Below, in pieces: positions 35,451-46,715 of a DNA stretch of 64,000 nucleotides. The notes below the pieces were generated by a model that had not been told where the DNA came from, ran no database searches, and saw only the letters and a program-made list of their open reading frames with translations. The DNA is from Mobula hypostoma. Its lineage: Eukaryota. Each line of letters opens with the position of its first letter. Position 1 is the first letter of the stretch. Made by a program: the position numbers and the translations under genes. The stretch is from NCBI RefSeq assembly GCF_963921235.1, contig NC_086129.1, forward strand, positions 42,098,001 through 42,162,000, written 5' to 3'.

Positions 35451-36655
35451 TCACCCACATTCTCTCAGCCCTGCTAGCCTGCTTGAGATGGCTCTCCCTC
35501 AATATTCCTACCTCCCTTCCCTTTACTATTTCCCTCAGACTTTTGCGCCTCTTTCCCTCAACTCCCTCGTCCTACATTCAGACTATGTCCCAGCCCTCTT
35601 CCTTTTCCTTTCTGATCCTCCCTCTCCCACTTTCCAGCTGGTTGCTCTCTCCTAGAGAAAGGTTGTTCAATGGCTGCTGAAGCTCAGCTTCATTGGGATC
35701 ATCTGTGCTCTGCAGCCATGTTCCCCCAAGGCCAGCGGCCCAGCCCAGAGCCCCACACACCCCCAGAAACAATCAGCTTGTTGGCCAGTGCTGTCCAGTG
35801 GCAGCAGATCATAGCCTCTTGGTCCTTTGTTTGTGGCTTGGTGGTTTCTGGTGGATCATTTCTAATTTAATGGATGTAGATACATCCCATGGAAATACAG
35901 TCATGGTGACCATGGTTTCATACACATCCATATGCATGTTTTTATCAATAATTTAGTCAGATGATCCCACCAAGGGATGGGGGGGTGGTGAGGCGGCTAG
36001 TGGCTCAGCTGCTGCCTCACACTTTCAGTGACCCAGGTTCGATCCTGGCCTCAGGCTCTATCTGTGTACAGTTTGCCCATTCTCCCTGTGACTGAATAGA
36101 TTTTTCTCCAGTGCTCCAGTTCCTTCCCAATGCCAGGCAATATGCCTATTTAATCCTACCCAAATCATGGGACAATTTACAATGACCAATTAACCTACCA
36201 ACCAGAACGTCTTTAGAATGTGGGAGGAAACTGGAGCATCTGGAGGAAACCCACGTGGTCACAGGGAGGAAGTACAAACTCCTTACAGACAGTGGCAGGA
36301 ATTGAGCCCAGTCGCTGGCGCAGTCCTGTGCGGCCCCATATGCCTATCTATGAGTCTCTTAAATGCCCCTAATGTATCTGCCTCTACCACCACCCCTGGC
36401 AGTGCTTTCCAAGCATCTACCACTCTGTGTACAACAAACCCCACCTCTAAACTCTCCTCCACTCAGTTTAAAACAATTTAGCTTTAAGCCCATTACCCAT
36501 TACTGGGGCATAGGCCGCCAACAGCAGCTCCCAGAGTCCTTTGCCCTAGGCAGGTTTTTTAAGTTGTCCGCGGCTGTAGCCCATTTTCTTTGTATATCCT
36601 TCCTCTCCCAGGAGTGAAGTCTTTGGAGATTCTGTTGGTGTTTTGTAGCACTGAA

Positions 36656-36907
36656 TGTTGTGTATTTAATAGTTCAGTAACATTTGAGTAATATTGTAAA
36701 TATGTGATTGATTAAGCTTTCTTTGTTTGTTTAAGTAATTCATTGCAGGTAATATGTAAAAGTACGTAAATGGCATACGTTGTTATGCCACCACGTCACA
36801 AGCGCGCGCTTTGCTTAAAGTAAGAAGACGAAACTAAGACACACATTCCTGGCTCCGTTTTGTTTGCTTTCAATTAGTTTCATGTTTTGGAGTTACCAAA
36901 CATAACA
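36656..36907 (+). mobile_element. Short solo LTR inserted in an RTE-derived element
   Basis: TGTTGTG...CATAACA inverted termini; the host repeat resumes on both sides; target-site duplication degenerate. Confidence 0.6.
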
Positions 36908-37494
36908 CTAGGTTTTTAATGGGATGGGTTTGCTAGCCCCATGCCCAGCCCTCCTCTTCCACAGTTGTGCTTGTGACTGTCCATAGCAGAGCTAAAAAGA
37001 CGATGTCCTTTGGTATTAGTCACTGACAGCCTGGAATAAAGGCTTTGATAGGAATATGAGGAGAACAAAAGGGGTTCAGGTAAGATTGTTGTAAAAATGG
37101 ATCTCTATGTCTCCATGAACTTGGTGGGGCTCAGAGGCCTGTTTTTCTATGGTTCCATGTGTTTAGAATAAAATTCAATAAATGTGGATTTAAAAGCTAG
37201 TAGCAGCAACAGTGACTGGGAAATTACTCATTTTCTGCAAAATCCTGTCTGCGTCACTGATACCCTTTAAAGTATGAAATTAGGGTGTTCCCCTGGTGTG
37301 GAGTTGTGTGTGCCTGCAGACCCTCAGTTATGTAGTCAACTTTTAACTAGGTTCAGAAATGGCTCAGTAAGTAAAAGCAAATAATTACAACTGATACTGA
37401 AAATCTGAAATATAAATGGAAAATGCTGGAAACTATTACATAAAGCAGCATCTGTGGAAAGAGAAACAGTTTACTTTTGCTGCCAGAGATAAGT

Positions 37495-38110
37495 ACAATT
37501 GAAAGTGGCTGAACAGGTTGACAAGGTGGTTAAGAAGGCTTATGGAATGTTTGCTCTTGTTAGTCAAGTCATTGAGTTCAAAAATCAGGAGGTTATGTTG
37601 CAAACTTATAAAACTCTGGTTAGGCCTCATCTGGAGTATTGCATACAGTTCTGGACACCTCACTATAGGAAGGATGTTGAGGCTTTGGAGAGGATACAGA
37701 AGAGGTTCACCAGGATACTGTCTGGTTTAGAGGGCGTGTGCTATCATGAGAAGTAGACAAACTGGGGTCATTTTCTCTGAAGTGGCAGAGGCTGCGGGGA
37801 GATCTGATAGGTTTATCAGATTATGAGAGGCGTAGATAGAGTAGACAGGGAATATCTTTTCCCCAGGGTTGGTATGTCTAATTCCGGAGGGCATCCATTG
37901 AAGGTGAGAGGGGGTAGGTTCAAAGGGGATGTGAGGGGTAAGTTTTTTACTCAGAGAGTCATGGATGCCCGATATTGTGGTGGAGACAAATACATTAGAG
38001 GCTTTTAAGAGAGATGTTTGGGTAGGCACATGGATGCAAGGAAGATGGAGGGATACGGAGATTGTGTAGGCTGGAGGGATTAGTGTTTGGGTTTTTAAAA
38101 AATTTTCTTT
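37495..38110 (+). mobile_element. CR1 LINE 3' fragment
   Basis: VVKKAYGMFAL, YKTLVRPHLEYCIQFW, ALERIQKRFTRIL. Confidence 0.85.
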
Positions 38111-39049
38111 CTAGCTGGTTCAGCAGAACATTGTGGGTCGAAGGGTATATTTAAAGCAGAGGTTGATAGGTTCTTGATTAGTCAGAGCATCAAAGGTTAC
38201 AGGGAGAAAGCAGGCGAACGAGGTTGAGAGGGATAATAAATCAGCCATTGTGGAATGGCAGAGAAAACTTGATGGGCCAGATGGCCTAATTCTGCTCCTT
38301 TGCCTTAAGGTCTTATTTTCCATGCTCCCTGAGTCTTTGTCTATGTCTCTGTGTCTGAATTCTGGCTTTGCAACTTCCTCTGAAGAATTAAGAATTTACA
38401 TAAATTTCACCAGAGAAGTAAGCCATTTTGATGAAGCTGGTGACACACCACTTTTAGTACATTTACTAATAGACAATATCTTAAAGAAATTTAATTTATC
38501 TTTTAAAATATCAAATTTCCTCTTTTATGCTTAAAAATCTTACCAAGTTCTTCATCTGGTGAGACAACCTCTTTCAAACTTGAAGGCAGCAATAAATACT
38601 GCCTTAATCTCTGGACACACAGGCAAGAATCCTGCCATTGCTCAACTGAGCACAACACAAGTAACTAAACAATTTACCAAGATTCTATTTTGATATTAAT
38701 ACTTCTTTATCATTGATTTTTATGTGCTGGAACAGTAAAGTTTGGCAAATTTCTGTTAGTTCCTTCCATAAATCTTACAAATTCGGGAATTGGATTAACT
38801 GAGCAAATTACCACCAACCCATTTATTGGTGAAGTGAGGAATTCTTGACATCTGACTGTGCAGAATGTTGATTCAGCTGAAGGAGAAACATTGCTATCAT
38901 TCTAGGTGTCCTTCAGTGAGTCCTCGATCACTTTAAGTAGCTGTTGGATTCAGTAATCTATCTCACTGTGCCTCAGCAATTAATCCAGCCATGTTTACTG
39001 TTCAGCACTTTTGAATCAAATACTGAACCATAAGATACAGAACACTTAC

Positions 39050-39216
39050 GAGATCTTCCGAGCAGTTATTACATTCTTGATAGGTCCAGTTTAAGGAGAA
39101 GTGCTTGTCACTGGCATCATAACATGAGTTAAAGGTGCAGGTCAGTTTGGCTGATGTCCCATTCAGCTTGACAACGTTGGGAGTAACCATGACTTCCATC
39201 CCAGATCCGAGGCGGA
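39050..39216 (-). CDS. SCN2B: SCN2B coding exon 2 (end of signal peptide, N-terminal half of Ig V domain)
   Basis: Translates xRLGSGMEVMVTPNVVKLNGTSAKLTCTFNSCYDASDKHFSLNWTYQECNNCSEDL, recognisably beta-2 (CTFNSCY, FSLNWTYQECNNCSE). Acceptor ttttgctccctgtag, phase 1; donor CTC|GTAAGT, phase 0; 167 bp. Confidence 0.95.
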
Positions 39217-39606
39217 CTACAGGGAGCAAAAGGAAAACAAGCAATCAAAAACCAAATCTTTCTTTTCACTTCTAACTGCCGAACAAGGACAGATTTCTTA
39301 ACAAAGAGGAGATTTGAGTGACAATTTAATTATGAGTTTGCTAACATCCTTTCAAATTATTTGAAATTGAAAAATGTTAATTATCTTAAAATAAACAAAC
39401 GGTAAAGTCTGCCCCCAAACACAATGTCATCAAGTTGCATACAGCTCTCCTAGCACTAGAGTTAGCAGAAACATTCCCTGCTCTCATCACGTGTCCAAAG
39501 TCCGTCTATACTTCCCACTGCCTCGGCCAGGTAGCCTTCATAATCAAGGACCCTTCCCACCCTGGTTGTTTTCTCTTCTCCCCTCTCCCATCAGCCAGAA
39601 GATACA

Positions 39607-40005
39607 TAACAACACACAAAAATGCAGCAGGTCAGGCTGCATCTATGGAAATTAATGAACAGTCAGTATTTCGAGCAGAGACCCTTCATCAGGACTGAAG
39701 AAGGAAGAGGGAAGACGCCAGAATAAAAAGGACTGAAGAAGAAAGAATCTGATAGGAGAGGAGAGTGGACAGTAGGAGAAAGGGAAGGAGGAGGGGCCCC
39801 AGGGGAAGTGATAGGCAGGTGAAAAGAAGCCAAAAGTCAGAATGGGGCTTCTTCCCCCTTCCTTCACAGTCTTTTAGGAGCGTCTCGACCCAAAACATCG
39901 ACTGTTTACTCGTGTCCACAGACACTGCCTGACCTGCTGAGTTCATCCAGTGTATTGTATTTGTTGCTTTGGATCTCCGGCATTGGCAGACTTTCTCGTG
40001 TTTGT
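39607..40005. mobile_element. Fold-back Penelope-derived element inserted in a Rex1/L2-type 3' fragment
   Basis: 10-bp direct repeat AGAAGATACA at 39597-39606 and 40006-40015; inverted arms with degenerate hammerheads. Confidence 0.75.
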
Positions 40006-40284
40006 AGAAGATACAAAAGCCTGCAAACACGTACCACGAGGCTCAAGGGCAGATTCTATCCTGCTGTTATCAGACTCTTGAATGGACCTCTTCTACTCTC
40101 AAAGGTGAACTCTTTATCTCCAAATCTACCTTATTATGGCCCTTGCTCTTTGTGTCTACATGCATTGCACTTTCTTTGTAACTGTAACACTTTATTCTGC
40201 GTTGTGGTTCTATTTTCCCTCAATGTACTTATGAGCCGACTGGTCGGTATGGAAACAAAAGCTTTTCACTGTATCTCAGTACAT

Positions 40285-41420
40285 ACAGCCATAGAGTCAT
40301 AGAACACTACAGCACAGAAACAGGTCCTTCGGCCTATCTAATGAAAGCAAGGCAGTGGATGTTGTCTACATGGACTTTAGCAAGGCATTTCACAAGGTTC
40401 CACATGGGAGTTTGATCAAGAAGGATCAGTTGCTCAGCCTCCAAGATGAGGTAGTAAATTGGAAAACTGGATTAGACATAGGCTTTGTGTGAGAAGCCAG
40501 AGAGTGGTAGTAGATGGTTGCCTCTTTAACTAGAGGCCTGTGACTAGTGGAGTGCTGCAGGATCAGTGATGGGTCCATTGTTGTTTGTCATCTATATCAA
40601 CAATCTGGATGATAATATGGTTAACTGGATCACCAAATTTGTGGATCACATCAATATTGGGGGAGTAGTGGACAGCAAGGAAGACTATCATGGCTTGCAG
40701 CAGGATCTGGACCAGTTGGAAAAATGGGCTGAAAAATGGCAGATGGAATTTAATGCAGACAAGTGTGAGGTCCCAATGATCATACCTAGACAATACCTCT
40801 TCCATCCACATACTTATCCAAACTTCTCTTTAAGGTTGCAATTGAACCTGCATCCACCACTTCCACTGGGAGTTCATTCTACACTCATACTACCTTCTGA
40901 GTGAAGAAGATCCCCCTCATGTTCCACTTAAGTATTTAATCTTAGTCGCTGGCGGGATCCCTCCGTTGCCACAGAGGGGAAGACCTGCTGCTGTACCCAG
41001 AGAATGTTGCCCAGGTTTTCTGCTTTTTGGATATGGATGTGGACTTTTGACTTTTTTTTTTGTCTTATAGTTTTTTATATTCTGTGTTTTTTGCCTGATC
41101 TTTCTTGTTTTTTGTGAATGGGGAGGAGGGGTTTTGGGGTTGATGATGGTGCTGCAGTTCTTTTCTTTCTTGGTTTTCTTGGCTATCTGGAGAAGAAAAA
41201 ATTCGGAGTTGTATACTTTGATATAAATGAACCATTGAACTTTTGAATCTTTTAACCCATGCCCTCTAGTTCTAGTCTCATCCAACCTCAGTGGAAGAAG
41301 CCTCCTTGCATTTATCTACACCCCTCATAATTCTGTATACCTCATTCAAATCTCCCTTCATTCTGCTGTGCTGCAGGGAATAAGTGACATGTAACAATAA
41401 CAAACCTATTACTTATGTTA
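40285..41420. mobile_element. Rearranged cluster of CR1 pieces plus a LINE tail
   Basis: CR1 RT piece on plus (40340-40770: GPLLFVIYINNLDD, KFVDHINI) between minus-strand CR1 3' pieces; a separate insert at about 40945-41250. Confidence 0.65.
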
Positions 41421-42387
41421 CAGGATAGTCTGGTGATTGGACTCTTTTCAAAATGATGTCTATGACAAGGCAACAAAAAATTAGCTTTATATAGTTCCTT
41501 TAAATGTTCCTTATACACCACCAAGGCATTTGACTGTGGAAATTACTGAGACATAAGATGTGATTATTGGGCCTGATGACAAATGTTTGTTCAAAGTAAA
41601 TGTATCATCAAAGTACATATATGTCACCATTTACTACCCTGAGATTTATTTTCTTGTGGGCATTTACAGGAAAATAAATAAATAGAAAAGAATTTATGAA
41701 AATCTATACATAACAAAGATTGACAAACATCCAATGTACAAAAAAGGACAAATAGCACTAATAATAATTTTTAAATAAATAATTAATACTGAAAACATGA
41801 GTTGTAGAGACCTTGAAAGTGAGTCCTTAGGTTGCGGAATCAGTTACGAGTTGAGGTGAGTGAAGTTATCCACACTGGTTCAGGAGCGGTTGAAGAGTAA
41901 TAACTGTTCCTGAACCTGGTGATGTGAGACCGAAGGCTCCTGTACCTCCTGCCTAATGGTAGTAGTAATACTTAAATACCCAAGTTAATAATAAACTTAA
42001 TATTTCTATGTAGGAGACAGAAGCAGAAATGTCTGGGATCTGGTTGGTAGACCACCCTTTCAGAAAAGGCCTCTGGTATGACCAGCCCTGATGATGTAGG
42101 TTTCATTCAGCTTCCTGAACTGCACCAGTTTTTCTGCTTCTGTCATCTTGCAGTTGTGCCTTTTCCCTTTGCAGTTCTATTTGCATATTGCTGCACTTTA
42201 AAAAAAAATCTATATCTCCAATCGCTGCATCAATCAGAGGCCAATGCAGCAAGCTGGAATGCTGACTCGGCAGGACTCTCACTGAATGATGCTAAGTTGG
42301 GCCTATCCCAGGGGATGCTGCATTAGAACAGGATCCATTCCTCACAAAATATTTAACGGAATCGCATCCTGTCTTTACAGCTCCTCC

Positions 42388-45300
42388 TGTTTAATGCCTG
42401 GTTTACATCTTTACTGTTATGCTGTATGTATTTCATTCAGCAGTTCTGTAAGAGCAGTCTGTTCTGCTTTCAGCCTGTTTGGGTTATTGTTGAAGATAAG
42501 GGATGAGGAGGAACGTGAGCCATCCAATTAGGATGGTGGAACTGGGGGGAGGGTTTTTTGGTGAGGGACACTAAGGTCGGTCTTGGGTCTTTTCTTCGGC
42601 GGGAGATGAAGAGAGAAAACACTGGGGAGAACCAATTTTAGCCTACGATCCGGTGAGAGACCCGTTTGTTCGAGATGGATTGTGAGCGACGTTCGGAAGG
42701 TGGTGTGTGCTTTCATGCAGACCGAGGACCCAGCACGTGAGTGACAGAGACGCTCGAGATGAACTCCAACTTGTGCACGTTTGACTGTTTAATTAGAATG
42801 GGCCTTTTTTGTTTTTTTCTTTCCTTTCTTTACTAACCCTTTAGTTAAGTAAGATTCATAAATATAATTCCTTTAGTTGTATGCAGTGTGCTGTCTGTTA
42901 TTTCTTGGTACTGATTTGTAACAGGGTAGCAAATTACACAGCATCCACGCAAACCGGGGTTTGGGGTGGGAGAGCGTCTCAACCTCACGGGTTTGGCAGG
43001 ACCGGAGAGTGTCTTCCCTCGACTTATGCAGCCAAGGAAACCAGCAGGGTTTCATTTGTGGGGGTATCGACCGGGATTGATTTTGTTGGATGCTGTGTGA
43101 TTGCCCTGAGCATTGATCCCGTGGGTTGTGTGTTTAAGTCTGTGCTAAACTATTGTCCGGTAAAGTGATTACGATACAGGGGTTGAGTGGTGGTGCAAAT
43201 TCATGGGGTTACCAGTAATTAATGCGTGTGTGTTGAGTGGGGTAGACACTCGTATTCCCGATGAATTGTTCATTCAAACTTTAAGTATCGTTAAAGCGTT
43301 AGGCAAAGTTACGATTGTGGAGTGGAGGTTTGATGAAATGGCGGGCAAAGACTTTGTTTTAGTTCAGACTAATGCTGACGTAACGGCAGTGGTACTGCCT
43401 GGCACTGCTAGGCCCTGGGAGGGGTGGGGGGGGGGGTCCGTGGGTTGTCCATACTTTCCGGGAGGAGGAGAGTGTAGGAGAGCGGGCGGAATCGCAAGTC
43501 AAGTCTCCCGCAGCTGGGGGTGAAGACTTCAAAGACAGGTTACTCACATTTCTGCCGAGCGAGGGAAAGGAGTGGTCTGATTTGGAAGGTCTAATGAGTT
43601 CTCCAGCGAGTGGTGAGCATCCTGAGTTGGTATTGGCCCTTACCACCTTGGCAAATAAATGGGAAAACCCCCAGGTTCAAAGTCCCAGGCTGAGAACATT
43701 CTCAGTAATGAAGCCCACCCCTAAAGGGGAGGAGGAGTATGAGACTTGGGCAGAGCAGACCTCTCAGGTGCTGGATGGGTGGCAGTGCTCTGATGACATA
43801 AAAAGACAGCGATTGGTAGAGAGGGTGAAAGGGCTGGCTGCTCGTGTACTGAGATCCTTAAAGACCCAGAGCCCCTTTGCTACCTCTGCAGGCTACATGC
43901 AAGTGTTAGAAAATGCTTTTGGCGTGACGGGAAGCCCAATGGAGTTTGTGACGGGGTTTCAGAACATGTTTCAGGAGAAGGGGGAGAAGCTTTCCGCCTA
44001 CATTTTTCACCTAGTAAGGCAGCTGAGTTTCTTGCGACGTAGGGGGGCCACCCAGACCACTGAGGTGAATCAGTTAAGAATGGGCCCAGTGGCGAAAGGC
44101 ACCCAGTCACCAGACTTGATCACTTGGGGTCTCCGACAGTCTCGTAGGACGCACACCCCCTCCCTTGTTTGTTGAGCTGATCAGAGAAGTAAGAGAGGAG
44201 GAGAATGCATCGGATGCGTGGGACGCCTCCATTAGCAGGGTACAGTCCTCGGTAGTAGCCCCCTTGGCTGAAGTGACCACAGATAGCCCACCCTGGGGAG
44301 TGGTAAAAGAGCTCGTGGCAGAGCTTAGGTCTGAGATGTCCCGGTTGTTATCGGCGAGCGTGAACACCCCGCATGATAAGTGAATGGGGGCCCACGAGAA
44401 GGGGAGCGACCAGTATTGTCTGATGTAACTGTGATGAAGATGGACACTTCAGGGCGAGAAAACCTTTGGAGAGTACCTAACTGGAGAGACCCACTGAGGG
44501 AACGGCCAGGCATCTCAGGAGAAACACATTCCCAGCAATATGTCAAGGAACAGCTGAAAGCAAAAAAACCTTTTCCTGAAGGCTTAGTGGGGCCAAGCTC
44601 CAGTGTATCGCTACAGATTGAGAGTATTTATGCTCGAGCCATACTCGACACCGGCTCTCAGGTTACTCTGCTGTACCGTTGTTTTACAACCGGTATTTGA
44701 CACATTTACCATTGACATCACTCAGTGAGCTAGAGATCTGGGGTCTTAGTACAGATGACTATCTTGTCTTTGAAGCTGGAGTTTTCAGAGGCAGATCTGG
44801 GAGAAGCTGAGGTCCTTAGTGTTGGTTTGTCTGGACCCAGTTGAGAAGGGCAAAGCTTCAGTTCTTGAGGGGACAAATACCCCTATTGTGAGGAGACTAG
44901 TGGGAGCCTGCAAGGAGAAGGTTGGAGCGAGCTCTCTGAAAACATTGTTCTTTCACCCTGTGCTCCGAGCTGTTTTTGAGGAAGTGCATGGCCGCACTGG
45001 ACTGAATGATGGGCATAAGCGAGGGACTGTGTGGTTCACCTAGTCAAAACCAGTCGTGTTACGGCCTGGGGAAGTAGCTAGAATGACGGGAAACTCCAGA
45101 TTTTCCCGGAAAGCCTGATGCTGAGGCCCTTTTGGTGAATACTCCGGAAGGCCACAGAGAGGAGTCAGGCTTACCTGCTGGGGTACTGGTGAGGCCTGAG
45201 ATGCAGAAGCCCTCGGTTGTACAGGTGACAGTGAGTGTCAGGAACTCTCCGGAGAAGGAGGTCACCCTCAGGCGGGGGATACCACTGGTACACCTCTTCC

Positions 45301-46715
45301 CGGTGACAAGAATGTCTAGTATCCCTGCGAGATAAGCTGGGGAGAAACTCTCTCTGAAAACGGGAAAGTTGACTGCCGAGTCATTCAACTTTTGGGACTC
45401 CCCGGTTCCTGCAGGTTGGAAGAGGAGGTTGATAGAGAAGATATTGAAACTGGAAGATGTCTCTTCTACTGACAAGTTTGATGTGGGTTGTTCCAAGAGC
45501 ACTCGCCACACCATCCGGGTGACAGAGGACACCCCATTCAGAGTGAGGTTATGCAGGATGTTTGGCAGCATCTGCGGAAACTGGGACCATCACTGAGTCC
45601 AGAAGCCCCTATGTGTCCCAGAAGAAGAATGGGAAGGTACGGATGTGTGTGGACTATTGGACTCTGAGCAGACGTACCGTCCCCAAACAATATATGGTCC
45701 CAAGAATGGGGGACACACTGGCCTGCCTGAGTGGTGCGAAGTGGTTCAGTGTGCTGGACTTGAGGAGTGGTTATTATGAGATCCCCTTGAGTGAGGCTGA
45801 CAAAGAGAAGATGCCATTCATATGTCCACCTGGATTCTTTCAGTTTGAAAGGATGCCCCAGGGCATATCAGGAGCCCTGGCTATTTTCCAGCACGTCTTA
45901 GAGAAAACGGTGGGGGATATGAGCTTGCTTGAGGTATTGATGTACCTGGATGATCTCAATGTGTTCAGGTCCACCTTGGAGGAACATGAAGCGAGGCTAC
46001 TGAAGGGTTAAAACTTTCCCTGGATAAGTGCCAGTTCTGCAAGACATCTGTCAACTGTGTTGGGCACATAGTCTCACAGTTTGGAGTAGCTACGAATCCG
46101 TCTAAGATGGAGGCAGTGACCATGTGGCCAAGGCCCCAGACTGTGAGCACCTTACGCTCGTTCCTTGGATTTTGTGGGTACTATCGAAGGTTCGTGAAGG
46201 ACAACTCTAAAGTAAGTCACCCTCTAAATCAGCTTCTGTGCGGTTACCCTGCCTTGGGGAAGAAAAAGAGGACAAAAGGAGAGGAGGGTAAAGATTATCT
46301 TAGCCCTTCAGAGCCTTGTGGAGTGAGATGTGATGCAAAATGTGAAGAGGCCTTTCAGTTGCTGAAGGAGCTGCTGACACAGGCACTTGTGCTGGCTTTT
46401 ACAGACCCATGGTTGCCGTAAGTACTGCATACAGATGCCAGCAGAGAGGACTTAGAGGGTGTCCTGTATCAGGATCAGGGACAGGGTTGAGACCTGTTGC
46501 GTTTGTCAGCTGGAGTCTGTCACCCTCTGAACTGAACTACCTCATGCACAAATTGGAGTGCCTGGCATTGAAATGGGCTGTGATGGATAAGCTAAGTGAC
46601 TGTCTATATGGTGCCAAGTTTGAGGTGAGGATGGACAATGACCCATTAACTTATATCCTGACCTCAGTGAAGCTGGATGCCACAGGCCAGTGGTGGTTGT
46701 CTGCCTATGATTCGT
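42388..46715 (+). mobile_element. Decayed Ty3/Gypsy LTR retrotransposon, 3'-truncated (LTR, PBS, gag, protease, RT, RNase H; no integrase or 3' LTR)
   Basis: LTR about 42388-43054 ending CA; PNMA-like gag (LPVINACVLSG; LRTFS..PTPKGEEEYETW); protease ILDTGSQVT; RT RMPQG and YLDDL; RNase H LHTDAS..RPVAFVS..ELNY..HKLECLALKWAV; many frameshifts. LTR start approximate. Confidence 0.9.
43059..43077 (+). promoter_or_regulatory. Primer-binding site, tRNA-Pro-like
   Basis: TGGGGGTATCGACCGGGAT four bases after the LTR end, versus the canonical tRNA-Pro PBS TGGGGGCTCGTCCGGGAT. Confidence 0.7.

Noticed and set aside
39439-39473. MFLLTLVLGE mini-ORF close to exon 2
   Set aside because: The donor would be phase 2, which frameshifts exon 2, and it abuts a LINE fragment.
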